From: Octopus sinensis
Lineage: Eukaryota
Reading direction: 5' to 3'
Assembly: GCF_006345805.1 (NCBI RefSeq)
Contig: NC_043018.1
Coordinates: 3,844,001-3,908,000, forward strand
Length of the DNA stretch: 64,000 bases
Shown piece after piece: positions 12,555 to 26,544 of the stretch (positions are counted from its first letter, which is position 1; every line of letters starts with the position of its first letter). A program made the position numbers and the translations under genes. The notes under the pieces are model-generated. The model made no database searches and was not told the DNA's origin. It was given only the letters and a program-made list of their open reading frames with translations.

Positions 12555-15500
12555 CAAGTGTGCTTGTAATTTATTTATTTATTTATTTATTTATTTGTTG
12601 TTGCCATCGTTTGTAGACGTGTGTTTGTGTATATAACAACATAAATAAAGAGATCAACCCACATTAGTGAAGTAAAAATATACAACAACAACAACAACAA
12701 CAACACCAAGGCAAGCCACAGCTGGTGATCTGAGATAAGGAGGACGATGACGGCGTCGGTAGCAGCGCGGCGATGGCGATAATATTATATTATCATCATT
12801 ATTATCAGGAAATATTAATAATGTTGAAATACCTATCCTCTTCTGCTAGTTTCATGTTGCATTTTCGAGCTCTATTCAAGGCGGCGAATTAGTCGAGTCG
12901 TTAGAGCGTTGGAGAGAATACTTTGCTGCGTTTGTTTCAACTCTGGGTTCAAATCACTGCAACGTCAGCTAAACATTTTGTGTGTGTGTGTGTCGATTAA
13001 AAGAAGACCAACCCAGGATGGTGAATCAGCGGAACTGTTAGAGGGTTGGAATGGTGCCTACACCGTCTACCTCGGTTCTTTGCGTTCTGAGCTCAAACCG
13101 CGCTGAGGTCAACTTTGCCTTTCATCAAATCAAGATCGATAAAAAAAAAATAAAAAGGAAAATAATCCAGAACTATTAGGGGCTCAAACGAGAGGTTCCA
13201 GCACTTTGCGTCCTGACAGCAATGTCTGCGATGGAGTTGGCTTTTAACACAACGCAGGCAATTTCCCACGAGAGTTCCGGACCCCAGTTATGAATCAGTC
13301 TGCATGCAATCAATCAGAGCTTAACTATCAAACTAATTTATGAGTGCATGACAAGGGATGGCCAATAAGATAAGGTCACTTGGGTAAGGAATGACCATGA
13401 TTCTTTTCTCTTTCAATAATGCTTGTTGTTCTTGTTCTTGTTTCAACCATGGCTGCCTCTGCGTAGTTATTTGTGTTGTTTACTTTGTAATACAAGTAAG
13501 GAGAGAGGGTTGCTAACACATCACCCTCTACCCACATTTTCCCCATCCGCATCTTTACCCTATGGGGCCTGTAACAAAATCCGAAAAAAGATATAGATGC
13601 AAATCTAATTACTTGTTTCCTTCTAAAACCAAGCATAACTTGGCGATCGGTCGACTTACAACGCCGTTCTTCATCTTGATTTTACTTGGTGGAGTGTGTT
13701 TGTTAACTCGACAACAAGACCAAGGTGAGCTCTGATTGGCTGTATTCAAATGAGTTCATTGCTGAGGTCCGAAACTCTCGTGGGGAAAAAAATTTCGCGT
13801 CCGGCGCGGTAACGATTCTACCAGCTCGCCGCCTTAATGTCTGCGATGCTATCGGTGTCGAGCTGTAACCCGCCCAAGTCAGTGGCCTTTCTCTAGGATA
13901 ACCATCGGTGACCTGAAGAGAATTGCATGCACTGATAACTGTTGGACTTCCTCCCAAAACCTTTTCCTGGAATACATATACATGTGTAGAGGCATGACTA
14001 ATATTGCCCGACGGAGGCCCTACATAGAATGTCGTACTGGGGTCTCCGTTTCATCCTTTAATGCATTCCGTGATCTTGGAATATTTTTGGATAATAATAA
14101 TTCGTATTTGCTCAGAACCTCAAAACATTTTCTTTTTCTTTTTTCCTCTCTTATGTTTCAGCCTTGGTGTGGCCAATAATAAAATTTTGGAATCAAGCTG
14201 GAGCACCGCTCGTTGCTGTTTAACTTCTTACTTCCCAGGGGCTGGAGAAATAATCAATATTTTCCCCCGGAGTGAGGTGGGGGGGTCTATGTAGTAATCC
14301 CGCGTCGGAGCAGGAGATCCATATTAAGACTATATAAATATAGGACTGTAGGGCAGCGAGCTGGCAGAAACGTCAGCGCACCGGGCGAAATGCTTAGCGG
14401 TATTTCGTCTGCCGTTACGTTCTGAGTTCAAATTCCGCCGAGGTCGACTTTGCCTTTCATCCTTTCGTGGGTAGATTAAATAAGTACCAGTTACGCACTG
14501 GGATCGATATAATCGACTTAATCCCTTTGTCTGTCCTTGTTTGTCCCCTTTATGTTTAACCCCTTTAGGGCAGTACAGAAATATATATATAAATATATGA
14601 CTAAATTTTTATTGTTCGTTATCAATGTCCTTAAGTATTTTCATTAAATTTCTTAATATAATTCTGGTTGAAAAAAAAAAAACGGTATGATACAAAAGAA
14701 GAAATTATTGTTTGTAAAGAAAGACATTTTTTATTAATTATATATATTTTTTTGTAATTTTATTTTTGAAATTTACATGGTGTAAGTCAAGAATCATCAA
14801 TGATTCGATGAAAGTATTTATGATATAAGAAATTAACGGACCTCTACATTTAACAGTGTATCTTGTGTGTTCGTGTGAGAATTTTCGTGATTTGCAATTA
14901 TACGGAGAGGTGCTGAAAAGTTCCTGGTTTTAAGGGTATCACGAAAGGCCTAGATGGAGGCCCAACCTTCCGAATTCTTTTATAGGGCCCAATTAGTGGT
15001 GGCTCGTAGATAAAATTAGTCGAGGTGCTGCTGCTTCAGAAAATTTTTAGCCGTCGTTTTTAAATTGTGTGAAGGGAAACAAACATATAAAAAGAAAATG
15101 TATACATAAACTTGATCGGTTCGTGTTTTAGCCACAGCCGGGGAGTGTGTTTAATTTGTTCACTGAACATCGCCGCGAATTCCCCCTTGTTTTTCAAAAA
15201 TCCCCCATAATCACAAAATATAGTGTGTGGGAGGGAATCTGCCCCATTTTTCAAATCCTGGCAGGAACACTGAAGCTGGAAGCAGGATAATAATCTATTT
15301 CTACACCTTATCACATTCAAGAATATAAACACGTTCTTAAGCACAACACAGGCGGAGTCAAAAAGAAACACTACCTCTCGCTCGGCACTGTCGTTCACGC
15401 AGTGCTCTCTCTCCCTAAGTGGAGCTTCCTATCTCGAACATGTGAGCATGCGCACAACAGCCAAACACCGCGTCGCTATCACTGTGAAGTGCACAGTTCT

Positions 15501-16992
15501 ATACAAGGATTTTTGCATTTTTTTCATAAATTAGGGGATGGCTACAGACATTAAGCTTATGGATTATATAATGTACAAGTATCAAGTATAAAGGATTATA
15601 TAATGCACAAGTATAAAGTATAAAGGAGTATATAATGTACAAATATAAAGAAAGAATTAAAGAAAAAAGGACTCATTATATTGAATGTCTTTGATAATAT
15701 CGAGTGGAAATAGGGGGAGCTGCAGTTCCGCAGTTCTTATACAAGAGCCGTCACTGGGCCCAGTGCATTGATTTGCTCGGTGGGAGCGTATAACGCTGCT
15801 AAGATGGCCCTGGTTGACAGGTGAGAATAGATTGTTGCCATTAGCATCCTTCTTGGGTATTTGGAAGTCAAAACTACCTCTAATTCATGTATCAGAGACT
15901 GCATTATCTAATGACCCCTTCTGTAATTTAAGTCAACAACTACGGAAAGAAATTCCTGGAGGATAACGTTCTGGGGAGGAAGGATTCGGTGTAATGATCA
16001 GTGTGCGGCATGGTGGGATTGGAGAGACGAATCGGATGTGAATGCATTCACATTTCGCCCTATTCGTTCGGCCCTGTTTGAAACTGTTTCATTCTTCACT
16101 GCTCCTCGGAGTGCCTGGGTAAGGGTGAGACGATCTAAACCGATCCACCCAGGCACCCTATGGAGCCGAGATCATTGTTGGCCTGGGACTTAGATTCAGG
16201 TGTCTAATGAGCCCTTGGACGCATAGGGCTGGAGTTGAACCTGGTTTCCATGGCTTATACGTGACTGAGACTACAACACTCACACTCCCTGGATGGTTTA
16301 CTTGCCGGCTATGACCGGAATTCATTTAAAAGCTTAAGGATCTGGAGCAACACGAAATGAAGTGTTTTGCTCAAGAACACAGTGCACGGCCTGGTCTGGA
16401 AATCGAAACCACGATCTTGTGACCGTGAATGCAACACCTTAACCACTGGGCCATGCGCCCTCACAATGCCTCTGTGGACCAGAAAACTGGGGCGTATCAG
16501 GGATGGACCTAACGACAGTTGGTTTTGCGGCCCTTTTCTGGCTGCGCTCGACACTATGTGTGTGTTTGTGCTTACAGGTGTCTGAGTGAGTGCTTACAGG
16601 TGTGTGCCTGGGTGCTTACAAGTGTGTGTGAGTGTGTGTGTGTGTGTGCGCGTGTGAGTAGCTGTCTCTGTGACTGTCGGTTTCTCTCTCTCTCTCTTTC
16701 CTTTTCCTTCCCTTTGTCTGACTGTCTCTCACTCACTCACTCTCTCTCCCCCGCTCACTTTTTCCGTCTCCCTAGCTCTTCGTTTTTCTGCCTCTCTTTA
16801 ACTTGCTCAGTCTCTCCATTCTCTCTCTCCCTCCCTCCCTTTCTTCCCTCTCTCTCTCTCTATCTCTCTCTCTCTCCGTCGCACCGTGGCTCTCACCAGC
16901 TCTCTCTTTTCCTCTCCCTCCCTCCCTCCCTCCCTCCCCTTCTCTCTCTCTGTCGCTCTTTTTCTGTTTGCTTCTCACTGTCTCTTTATGTG

Positions 16993-17030
<38 letters not shown>

Positions 17031-17102
17031 CACAGGCATACACATTAATGAGTAAATGTGCGTGAACGTACGTGTAATTAAGATCGAAACACAGATAGAG
17101 GA

Positions 17103-17141
<39 letters not shown>

Positions 17142-17301
17142 AGGAGAAGGAGTTGGAGGTGGAGGTGAACGGAGAAGGACATTTTAAGCAACTCTACTTG
17201 CTTATTGTTCTCTTACTGAAATGTAATCAGCCTACTTACACACGCACACACCTACACACACACACACATATACATACACACACACATATACACCACACAC
17301 A

Positions 17302-17351
<50 letters not shown>

Positions 17352-17519
17352 CACTCCCCGACATCAAGGACGAGATTCGACGAGATTATTTTTTTTTGTT
17401 TTATAGTTATTTATTTAATTATATATTTGCTGGGTTTGTGTAAATTTTTTTTAACCACTTCGCGGAGAAATTGTCTTCGCGTTTCTCATTTTTTTCTTTT
17501 TACTGCTCCTTGTTTTCCA

Positions 17520-17644
17520 CCGAAACACCATGGACAAAGTCTTTTAGTGGAGAGAAAGAGAGAGAGAGAGAGAGAGAAGGAAAGACGGAAAGTAGAAATA
17601 CAAGACAAGAATAATCATAACTTCAGAAAACTTCAGCTTTCCAG
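17520..17644 (+). other. Candidate non-coding 5' exon of the SPFH gene
   Basis: Consensus donor CAG|GTAAGT after 17644 in unique sequence, flanked by GA-rich tracts. The coding exon has an acceptor 15 nt before its ATG, so an upstream exon is needed. The start coordinate is a guess. Confidence 0.25.
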
Positions 17645-17719
17645 GTAAGTTCATAATCTAGTCTCTGCGCTTAGATGCAAAGTTCCGTCGAACCAGTATA
17701 AATTCACACACACACATGC

Positions 17720-18018
17720 ATACATTCATACTTACATACATACACACACACATACATAACACAAACATACAAACATACATACATGCACAGATACTCTCAA
17801 ACATGGAAATATACACACATACAAACATACACACACACATACAAACATATATGCATACAGACATACATAATACATACAAACATATATATATATACATGCA
17901 TACATACATACACACATACATACGTACATACAAACATATATATACATGCATACATACACACACACACACATACATACATACATACATGCAAACATATATA
18001 TATACATACATACATACA

Positions 18019-18050
<32 letters not shown>

Positions 18051-18590
18051 CATACATACATACATAATACATACATACATACATAATACATACATACATA
18101 CATAATACATACATACATACATACATACAAACATATATATACATACATACATAATACATACATACAAACATATACTACATACATACATACATGCATACAT
18201 ACATACATACATACATACATAATACATAATACATACATACAAATACATACATACATACATACATACAACATATATATACATACATACATAATACATACAT
18301 ACAAACATATATATACATACATACAACATACATACATACATACATACATACATACATACATACATACATACAACATACATACAACATATATATACATACA
18401 TACATAATACATAATACATACATACATACAAACATATATATACATACATACATACATACATACATACATACATACATTACATACATACATACATAATACA
18501 TACATACATACATACATACAAACATATATATACATACATACATAATACATACATACAAACATATATATACATACATACATACATACATTC
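17720..18590. repeat. (CATA)n compound microsatellite
   Basis: Read directly; source of the spurious MYVC/HTYI ORFs. Confidence 0.95.
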
Positions 18591-18738
18591 ATAATCTCTG
18601 TGCGAGTATAATTACAGATCTAACATCTTAATATTTTTATTTAGCGTTTTTTCTGCGAATAGAACGGTTAATGGCACCATCATATCTCCTTATATTTGGG
18701 GAATTCCACACTGCCTGAGCGGAATTCTTGGCTACGCC

Positions 18739-18822
<84 letters not shown>

Positions 18823-18890
18823 GTAAGCAAACAAACAAACAAGCATGCACATAGGCACACACCGCTCATATTCATATATTTGCACGCAAG

Positions 18891-18921
<31 letters not shown>

Positions 18922-19285
18922 ATACACACACTTACTTTCACAAACATATATGAAGACTACGTACACAAACATGTATGTGCACATACACACACACACACAC
19001 ACACATCTGCACACGCACTCACAAACATATACATGGACACACACGCACGCACAAATACATACATGCGCACACACACACACACATACCTATGCATACCACG
19101 CCCACATTTACGGATGCTTTATAAATTAACGAAAGCGATGTTGTTGTTGTTGTTGTTGTTTTAACCCTAGGTCAGTTCTGAAACGAGCAAATATTATACT
19201 AGTTTTTCAACCGTGACCAACCCATTTTTTCTCTCACATATATAAAGGACCTCATTGTCAAAACGCGTCTCTTCTTTATATGAAA

Positions 19286-19683
19286 CTAGCAGTATCGCCC
19301 GGCGTTGCTCGGGTTTGTAAGGGAAATAACTATATAAGCATTTTTAGAGAGTTATAGCCAAAAAATAGCAAAAAAATGCATTAAAAATGTAAAAAAAATT
19401 ATGGTAAATTTTTTTTTAAATCGTTGACTCATCGTAGACATTTTTAGAGAGTTACTTCCCTTATATAATAGCGAAAAAATGCATTAAAATGGAAAAAAAT
19501 GATGGTAAATTTTTTTTTAAATTGTAGACTCATCGTAGACGCGCGCTAATACCCAGAAGGGCTCGATATGAATCACGACTATAACATACACGGTTTTGGT
19601 TAAACTGCACCGCAAAATGTGGGAGTTGTTAGGAATCTAAATCGTAGGAGACAGACACACAACCTCACTTTTATATATAAAGA
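19286..19683 (-). mobile_element. Non-autonomous Helitron
   Basis: The - strand starts a|TCTTTATATATAAAAG and ends with the CCCG..CGGG hairpin plus CTAG|t. Confidence 0.72.
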
Positions 19684-20714
19684 TGTAAGGTGTGATTTGA
19701 GGGAAATTTAGCTGCTATTTCTAGCTAACGGATCAACGAAGTTACCGTTGTTGTTGTTGCTGCAGGTGGTCGTTTTGACGGTGATGGTGGTGTTGATGGC
19801 GGGGGTTGCTGATGGTAGTCGTGGTAGTGGTGGTGGCGGTGGTGATGTTGCAGATGATGGTGTTGTTATTGTTGCTACTACTACAGTTGTCATTTAATCT
19901 CAGGGCATCCCTTATCCTGATTAAAAGTGTTCCAACCGTAACCATCACTATTATTTGTGTATCCACGACAACACTGTTATGTCTATAAAATCAAGCAGAA
20001 CTATGACCAAATATGGTCCAGTCGTGGCCATCCCGTCTTTCATCAGTATATAGAACTACCTTGTTAAATGTCCTTTCTTTCGAGCACCTAGGAGTGGTTT
20101 GAGGGAGATTTCTAGAGGAATCTAGTGACCCGGATTGACCTCAAGTCAGGCCGTGACGTGGCCTATTTGGGCGATAGACTGTATCCGTCACCCGGGTTAA
20201 CCCAACCATTTGCACATTTCGGTGCCTTTAGCGGAGCCCACTCTCTCTATTGCAAGGATTAGGGTTAGGTTTTTGATTTGAAGATATCTCTCTGCTTCTC
20301 GCCCACCTGTTTCAAGGACCCTGTAAAGGAGCATGGGCACTGCCTTGTCCCCTGGATATTGCTGGCTCCAGTCCTCAGCTACCCGGCTCCATGGCACTTT
20401 AATTCCTTCCTTCCTAAATAAAAGATTTTTTAGAAAATGAAGTAAATATTTATAATGTGTCCTTCGTTGTTTTCATATCTCAAAAGTATGTCGCCATCCT
20501 TAAAACGTTGGAAAGCACTTATCCAAAAGAATTACATTATTGAACGTGTGCCCTTCCTTCTGTTTCCAAGATGGTAAGGTGTGGTTTGCAGGGGAGGGGT
20601 GATTTGGCTGCTATTTCTTGCAAGTTGGGCAACCGTGTAGGGTCTCTGTCCTTAATTTATGCGTGTGAATGTACACGCACGCACGTATGCATGCATGTAT
20701 CTATATACATACAT

Positions 20715-20765
<51 letters not shown>

Positions 20766-20961
20766 TATATATGAGGGAATATTATTCCAAACTTACAGGG
20801 AAAAATTCAATTTAGAAATACTAAATCATATTTCACAAAATATAATATATATATATGGTGTCCTGTACTCACGTATATATATTTATATATGCATGTATAT
20901 ATACATGTAGATGTAGGTACGTACATATATGTATGTATGTATGCATATATTTTATTTATTA

Positions 20962-21027
<66 letters not shown>

Positions 21028-21627
21028 TTAGAAAAAACCACCTTTTATCAATTCAATAATGAAAAAATTAAATTATACCACTTATAAAAATGACATATTA
21101 TAGAAAGATTAAATATAAAATAAAGCATATAACGATGATGAAGTAATGTGCAAAATGATAAATAAAACGTATATATTTATTATTTTGAAGCGGTTTTCTT
21201 CAGACCACAACGCTTCACCCGGTCCGCGAATTGAAACCACGACTCTCTAACCACTGTGCCACGCACTTTAATTCCGTCCCTCCTAAATAAAAGATTTTTT
21301 TAAAATTAAGTAAATATTTATAATGTGTCCGTCGTTGTTTTCGTATTATTTATTATTTTGCACATTACTTAATCATCGTTATATGTTTTATCTTATATTT
21401 AATCTTTCTACAATATATAATTTTTCTAAGTGGTATAATTAAATTTGTCATTATTGAATTGATAAAAGGTGGAGTTTTTTCTAATTTATAATAGTTCACA
21501 CGTGTGCTGAGGCTAGTTAAAGGATTTTATATTTAGATATAACTGGGGTACTTATGTGTATTTATGACTCATTGTTCTGCCTTTTTCCATGGGTGCGTGT
21601 AAGTATTTCATTTACTTCTTATCCTAT

Positions 21628-21686
21628 TTTCTACTGATGAGGGTAAAATCCATAGGATTAATCCCGAAATTGGTTCAATATAGAAA
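21628..21686 (+). ncRNA. Canonical type-I hammerhead ribozyme
   Basis: UUUCUA CUGAUGA GGG-uaa(AAUCC-aua-GGAUU)aau-CCC GAA AUUG-guu-CAAU A^ UAGAAA. All core positions and three stems are intact; predicted cleavage after 21680. Confidence 0.82.
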
Positions 21687-22200
21687 TAACGAACTTTTTT
21701 TTTTTTAATTCTGTTGGCTAGCTTTCCTCGATTTCAGCACGCCGTGTATTTATAGTGAGTGTATAATGAAATGTGGAAATTCACGATTTAAAGTCTGTTC
21801 TCAGCATATTGCCATAGAAATAATTTTTGTTTTGCCCTTGTTTATAAGTTGTTTATAATTTTAACCTTTAAAGGTATTTTATTATGCTGCCACTTGTTGA
21901 TGAAATTTTTTTCTGAAAAAAATATATATGTATGTATATAAAGGCGGTGAGCTAGCAGGAACGTTAGCACGCCGGATAAAATGCTTAGCGGTATTTCGCT
22001 CGTCGCTACGTTCTGAGTTCAAATTCCGCTGAAGTCCACTTTGCCTCTCATCCTTTCGGGGTCGGTAAATTAAGTACCAGTTGCGTACTGAGGTCGATGT
22101 AATCGACTGCCCCACCTCCTAAAAAATTAAGTAGAAATGTATGTATATGAAATTGAGGTTACTAAATATGTTTGTGACATATTTCAACTGTTTATATCTA

Positions 22201-23813
22201 CAGTGGGGGGAAATAAATATTCGTACATGTCAAAATTCTTCATTTATTTAATTTCTAATGAACATAAATGGGATATACCAATACTATATTTGCATACACA
22301 TGCATAAACTAAGAATATGCAAAAGAAGCTAATAAATTATAGTAACTAATGAATTTATATACAATTATAACTATTTAGGGGTGAAAAAAGTATTCGTACA
22401 GAATAAATTCATGATTTTCTATGCCACAAAATACTGTTACAATAATATTTTTGTTTACTAGAACTTTTTCATTTGTTCCAATAATCTTATCAGTTGTCAT
22501 TTTCAAGTGTCAAAACGCTAGCTTCTTCATTCAACACTGAGACAACGTAAAGTAGTTTCGTAATAATGGCGAAAAGTAAAAAAAAAAACTCACAAATTCT
22601 GTGAAAAACTTAATTATTGAACTGTGGAAAGCAGGTAAAAGTTACAGGAAAATATCAGAGACCCTTTGTATTCCATTTTCTACCATATCTTCATTTATTC
22701 AAAGATATAAAGAATCGGGAACTGTTGAAAACAGGATAAGATCCGGTGCAACACGCAAGATTTCCACTAGATCTTTAATAAAAAGGAAGGGAAGAATCGA
22801 AAAAAAAACAAAAAAAACAAAAACGCAATGATCACCAGAAAGGAGTTGCAAGAAGATTTGTTAGCTTCAGGGACTAGTGTTACACTACGAACAATCAGCA
22901 ATGAACTTCATAGGAATGAACTGAAGTCACACTCTCCTAGAAAAACTCCGCTGTTGACTAAAAGGCAAAGAGATGCCCGTTTAAAATTTGTTTATGAACA
23001 TAAAGATAAACCTGATACATTCTGGGAAAATGTTCTATGGACAGACGAGTCGAAAATTGAATTGTTTGGACGGAATTTGCGTAACCATGTTTGGAGGAAA
23101 AACACAATTCCTAACGTAAAGTTTGGAGGTGGCAATATAATGATGTGGGGGTGTTTCTCTGCAAATGGTACTGGCAATTTACATGTGATAGATGGTAGAA
23201 TGAATGCAGAGATGTACCAAAATATTTTGAACAATAATTTATGGGACTCTGTAGAAAAGCTCCAGCTTTGTGAAGGGTGGGTTTTACAACAGGGTAACGA
23301 CCCTATGCACACTGCGAAGTCTACCAAAAAATGGATTGTCGATCACAATATAAAATTATTAGAATGGCCAAGCATGTCACTTGACTTGAACCCCATTGAA
23401 AATTTGTGGCGTTATTTGAAAATTAAAATTCGTTCAAGAGCCCCAACGTGCATTGCAGATGTGAAGAGAATTTGTCAAGAAGAATGGGAAAAAATTCCTA
23501 AAGAAACATACGAGTCATTGATTAAGAACTACAAGAAGAGATTGGTTGAAGTGGAACTGAATAATGGTTATGCTACGAAGTATTAAATCAGAATTATCAG
23601 TTATTTATGTTCTGTACGAATACTTTTTTCACCCCTAAATATATATAATTGTATATAAATTCATTAGTTACTATAATTTATTAGTTTCTTTTGCATATTC
23701 TTAGTTTATGCATGTGTATGCAAATATAGTATTGGCATATCCCATTTATGTTCATTAGAAATTAAATAAAGAATTTTGACATGTACGAATATTTATTCCC
23801 CCCCCCCCCACTG
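22201..23813 (+). mobile_element. Tc1-family DNA transposon, full length (~1.6 kb), ~200-bp IR/DR-type terminal inverted repeats, TA target duplication
   Basis: Ends read TA|CAGTGGGGGGAAATAAATATTCGTAC...GTACGAATATTTATTCCCC...CACTG|TA. TATTCGTACA occurs at both the outer and inner edge of each TIR. Confidence 0.93.
22566..23586 (+). pseudogene. Tc1 DD34E transposase, disrupted
   Basis: ATG at 22566, with frameshifts in A-runs near 22585 and 22800-22830. Motifs WTDESKIELF, QQGNDPMH (second catalytic D changed to G) and SLDLNPIENLW. Confidence 0.9.
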
Positions 23814-24322
23814 TATATGCTGCTTAGTGGTGATATTACAAAAACATGTATCTAATATCTACACACACAAACGCAGGTGTGGCTGTGTGATAGGAAGTTT
23901 GCTTCTTAACCACTCGGTTCCGGGTTCAGCCCCACTTCGTGGCACCTTGGGCAAATGTCTTCTGCTATAGCCTCGAGCCGACCAAAGCCTTGTGAGTGGA
24001 TTTTGTAGGCAGAAACTGAAAGAATACGCGCGTGTGTGTATGCATGTGTGTGCTTGCGCGTATGTGTGTGTGTGTGTGTGTGTGTGTTTGTCCTCCACCA
24101 CTGTTTGGCAACCGGTGCTGGTGTATTACGTCCCCGTAACTTAGCGGTCTGTCAAAAGTGATTGAATAAGTACCAAGTTTTTTTAAAAAAACTAAGTACT
24201 GATGTCCCAGTTGGATTTTGTTGGCGACTTAATCGTCGACATCCTGACAAGGTCACTCAACCTCCGATGTAGAAATAGCAACCAAATCACTCTCTAATCA
24301 CAACCTGGTGTCTCAAATTCTT

Positions 24323-24903
24323 TTCTACTCTAGGCACAAGGCCCGAAGTTTTGGGGGAGGGGGAGCCAGTCGACAAGATCGACCCAATACGCAACTGGTA
24401 CTTAATTTATCGATCCCCGAAAGGATGAAAGAAAAGTCGACCTCGGCGGAATTTGAACACAGAATGTAAAGACAAACGAAATAGCTATTTCTTTACTACC
24501 CACAAGGGACTAAACACAGAGAGGACAAACAAGGACAGACAAACGGATTAAGTTGATTATATGAACCCCAGTGCGTAACTGGTACTTATTTAATCGACCC
24601 CGAAAGGATGAAAGGCAAAGTCGACCTCGGCGGAATTTGAACTCAGAACGTTCAGACAGACGAAATACCTATTTCTTTATTACCCACAAGGGGCTAAACA
24701 TAGAGGGGACAAACAAGGACAGACATAGGTATTAAGTCGATTACATCGACCCCAGTGCGTAAATGGTACTTTAATTTATCGACCCCGAAAGGATGAAAGG
24801 CAAAGTCGACCTCGGCGGAATTTGAACTCAGAACACTCAGACAGATGAAATACCGCTAAGCATCTCGCCCGGCGTGCTAACGTTTCTGCCAGCTCGCCGC
24901 CTT
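24323..24903 (-). mobile_element. SINE family A multimer
   Basis: Three tandem ~185-bp body units ending in the head (gctcgccgcc). Confidence 0.75.
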
Positions 24904-26544
24904 CGCCTGGTGTCTCAAATCGAGAAAGAAACGTGTATACAGATGTGCCCCAGATACATTATACCTTAAACAAAGATAGGATGGTTACGGATGGAACGCT
25001 TTTGTAATGGCATAAATAGAAGTGATGTGAAGGGGTTACATGGTACCTGGTTTCAATATTTCCTGGGATCTAAAAAAAATAAGGGTTAAAATTTGCGCAT
25101 ATTAGAAACTAGTATTTACAGAGAAAAAGAGAAAAACTTTGTATTATCGTCAGAAAAAAATTATTTCCAGAAGCCCTTATTCTCTGATTAATTAGGGCTG
25201 ACCTTTTTTATGCGGCTTAGTCAGCAGGCAAGAGCAGTGCCCATGACCTTTTACAGACCTCAAAGACTTGTGGAAGGGACGGAGGTGGTTACATTCAAAC
25301 CAAAAGCGCCTACCCCTAATGCAACAGTATGGGCCCCACTAAAGGTTTTCAAGGGGCTAGGTGCTGATTTTAAACTGATTGACGGTGTAAGTCTATCACC
25401 CAGGTAGAAAGGTCAGATTGAGACCTAGAGGGATCCCTGGGCAAATATGCTTTGGGGGCCCCTGGGCCAATAAATTTTGGACCTTTTAACCGCGCCAACG
25501 ATTTTGTTAATTCAAAACTTAATAAATCTAGGGGCCCAAAATAGTTTGAAGAGGTCCAAAAACTTAAAAGGGCTTCAGTAGATTCAGAGGGACTCAGTTA
25601 AATTTAATGGCTTTTTAAACCTGAAAGGGTCCAATAAATCCAAAGAGAGCGCTCCATGATTTGAAAAGAACTCTGTTGGATTTTAAAAAATTAAGCAAAA
25701 ACAAAATTACAAATTATTTGATTGCTGTAAATATACTTCTAAATTTTTAATTCCAAGCTTTAGGCTTCTCTAAGTTAAAGGCCCCTTCCCCTCCCCCACA
25801 AGCTTGCAGATTTCTGAGCCATGGCTCATATTAGTCCATACATAAATCCTGTCCTGTATGTAGGTCACGGTGGAATTTGAACACAGAACACAAGGAACTG
25901 GAACACAGAACACTAGGAACTAGAACACAGTTTACAAGGCATCTCCCGTTCGCCGGTATTCTGGCCAAGTCAGACCCTGAGACTAGCAATTTATTTATCA
26001 ACTCTTTAAAGATGAACGACAAATTTTACCTTGGCGAAATTTGAACTCATAATTAAATACCGTAAGCTATTTCATCTGATGCTCTAACGACTCTGCCAAT
26101 TTACCGCCCTGGTTACTGAACGACAACAACAACAACAACGTTAACTGCACTCCATTTCCCGCTGCTTCCTTCTCTCACAATATCTGGCTTGGTGCCAACG
26201 TAAGGAAATACCATTATTTTCAGTGATATCTTGACTAAATGAGAATATGCCTTTGGCATTTCGCCAATATACAAATCCAGGTAACATAAACGAGGAATGT
26301 GTGTGATTACAGTTGAGACTAAACTTAGATTTCGTAATCAGAGAGAGAGTGGGGGAGGGGGAGAGGGTGTGAGTGTGTCTGTGATTGTGTGTACGCATGC
26401 GTGTATTTATCGCGGATAAAACATTAAAGTGCATCCGGTGATGAGGCTTGGGCTCGAGAGTATGGAATTACTCCTAAGTAACCATTATGCTTAATTCTGT
26501 TCTATCGTGGGCGTGCAGAATCTGTCAAGTGGTGATATCTACCG

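Noticed and set aside
13730-13830. CCAAT box (gattgg) with CpG-rich flank as a promoter
   Set aside because: A single short motif with no linked exon, and part of the CpG content comes from a SINE fragment.
15060-15398. 112-aa - strand ORF in unique sequence
   Set aside because: No recognisable domain and no convincing splice signals; this length is expected by chance.
16100-16180. 10-bp GC-rich hairpin gtgcctgggt/acccaggcac
   Set aside because: A single short stem with no ribozyme core, second copy or covariation support.
17658-18592. Long ORFs (up to 286 aa) of MYVC/HTYI repeats, also at 5757-6289 and 36056-36824
   Set aside because: They are translations of (CATA)n/(TATG)n microsatellites lacking stop codons, with no splice or domain evidence.
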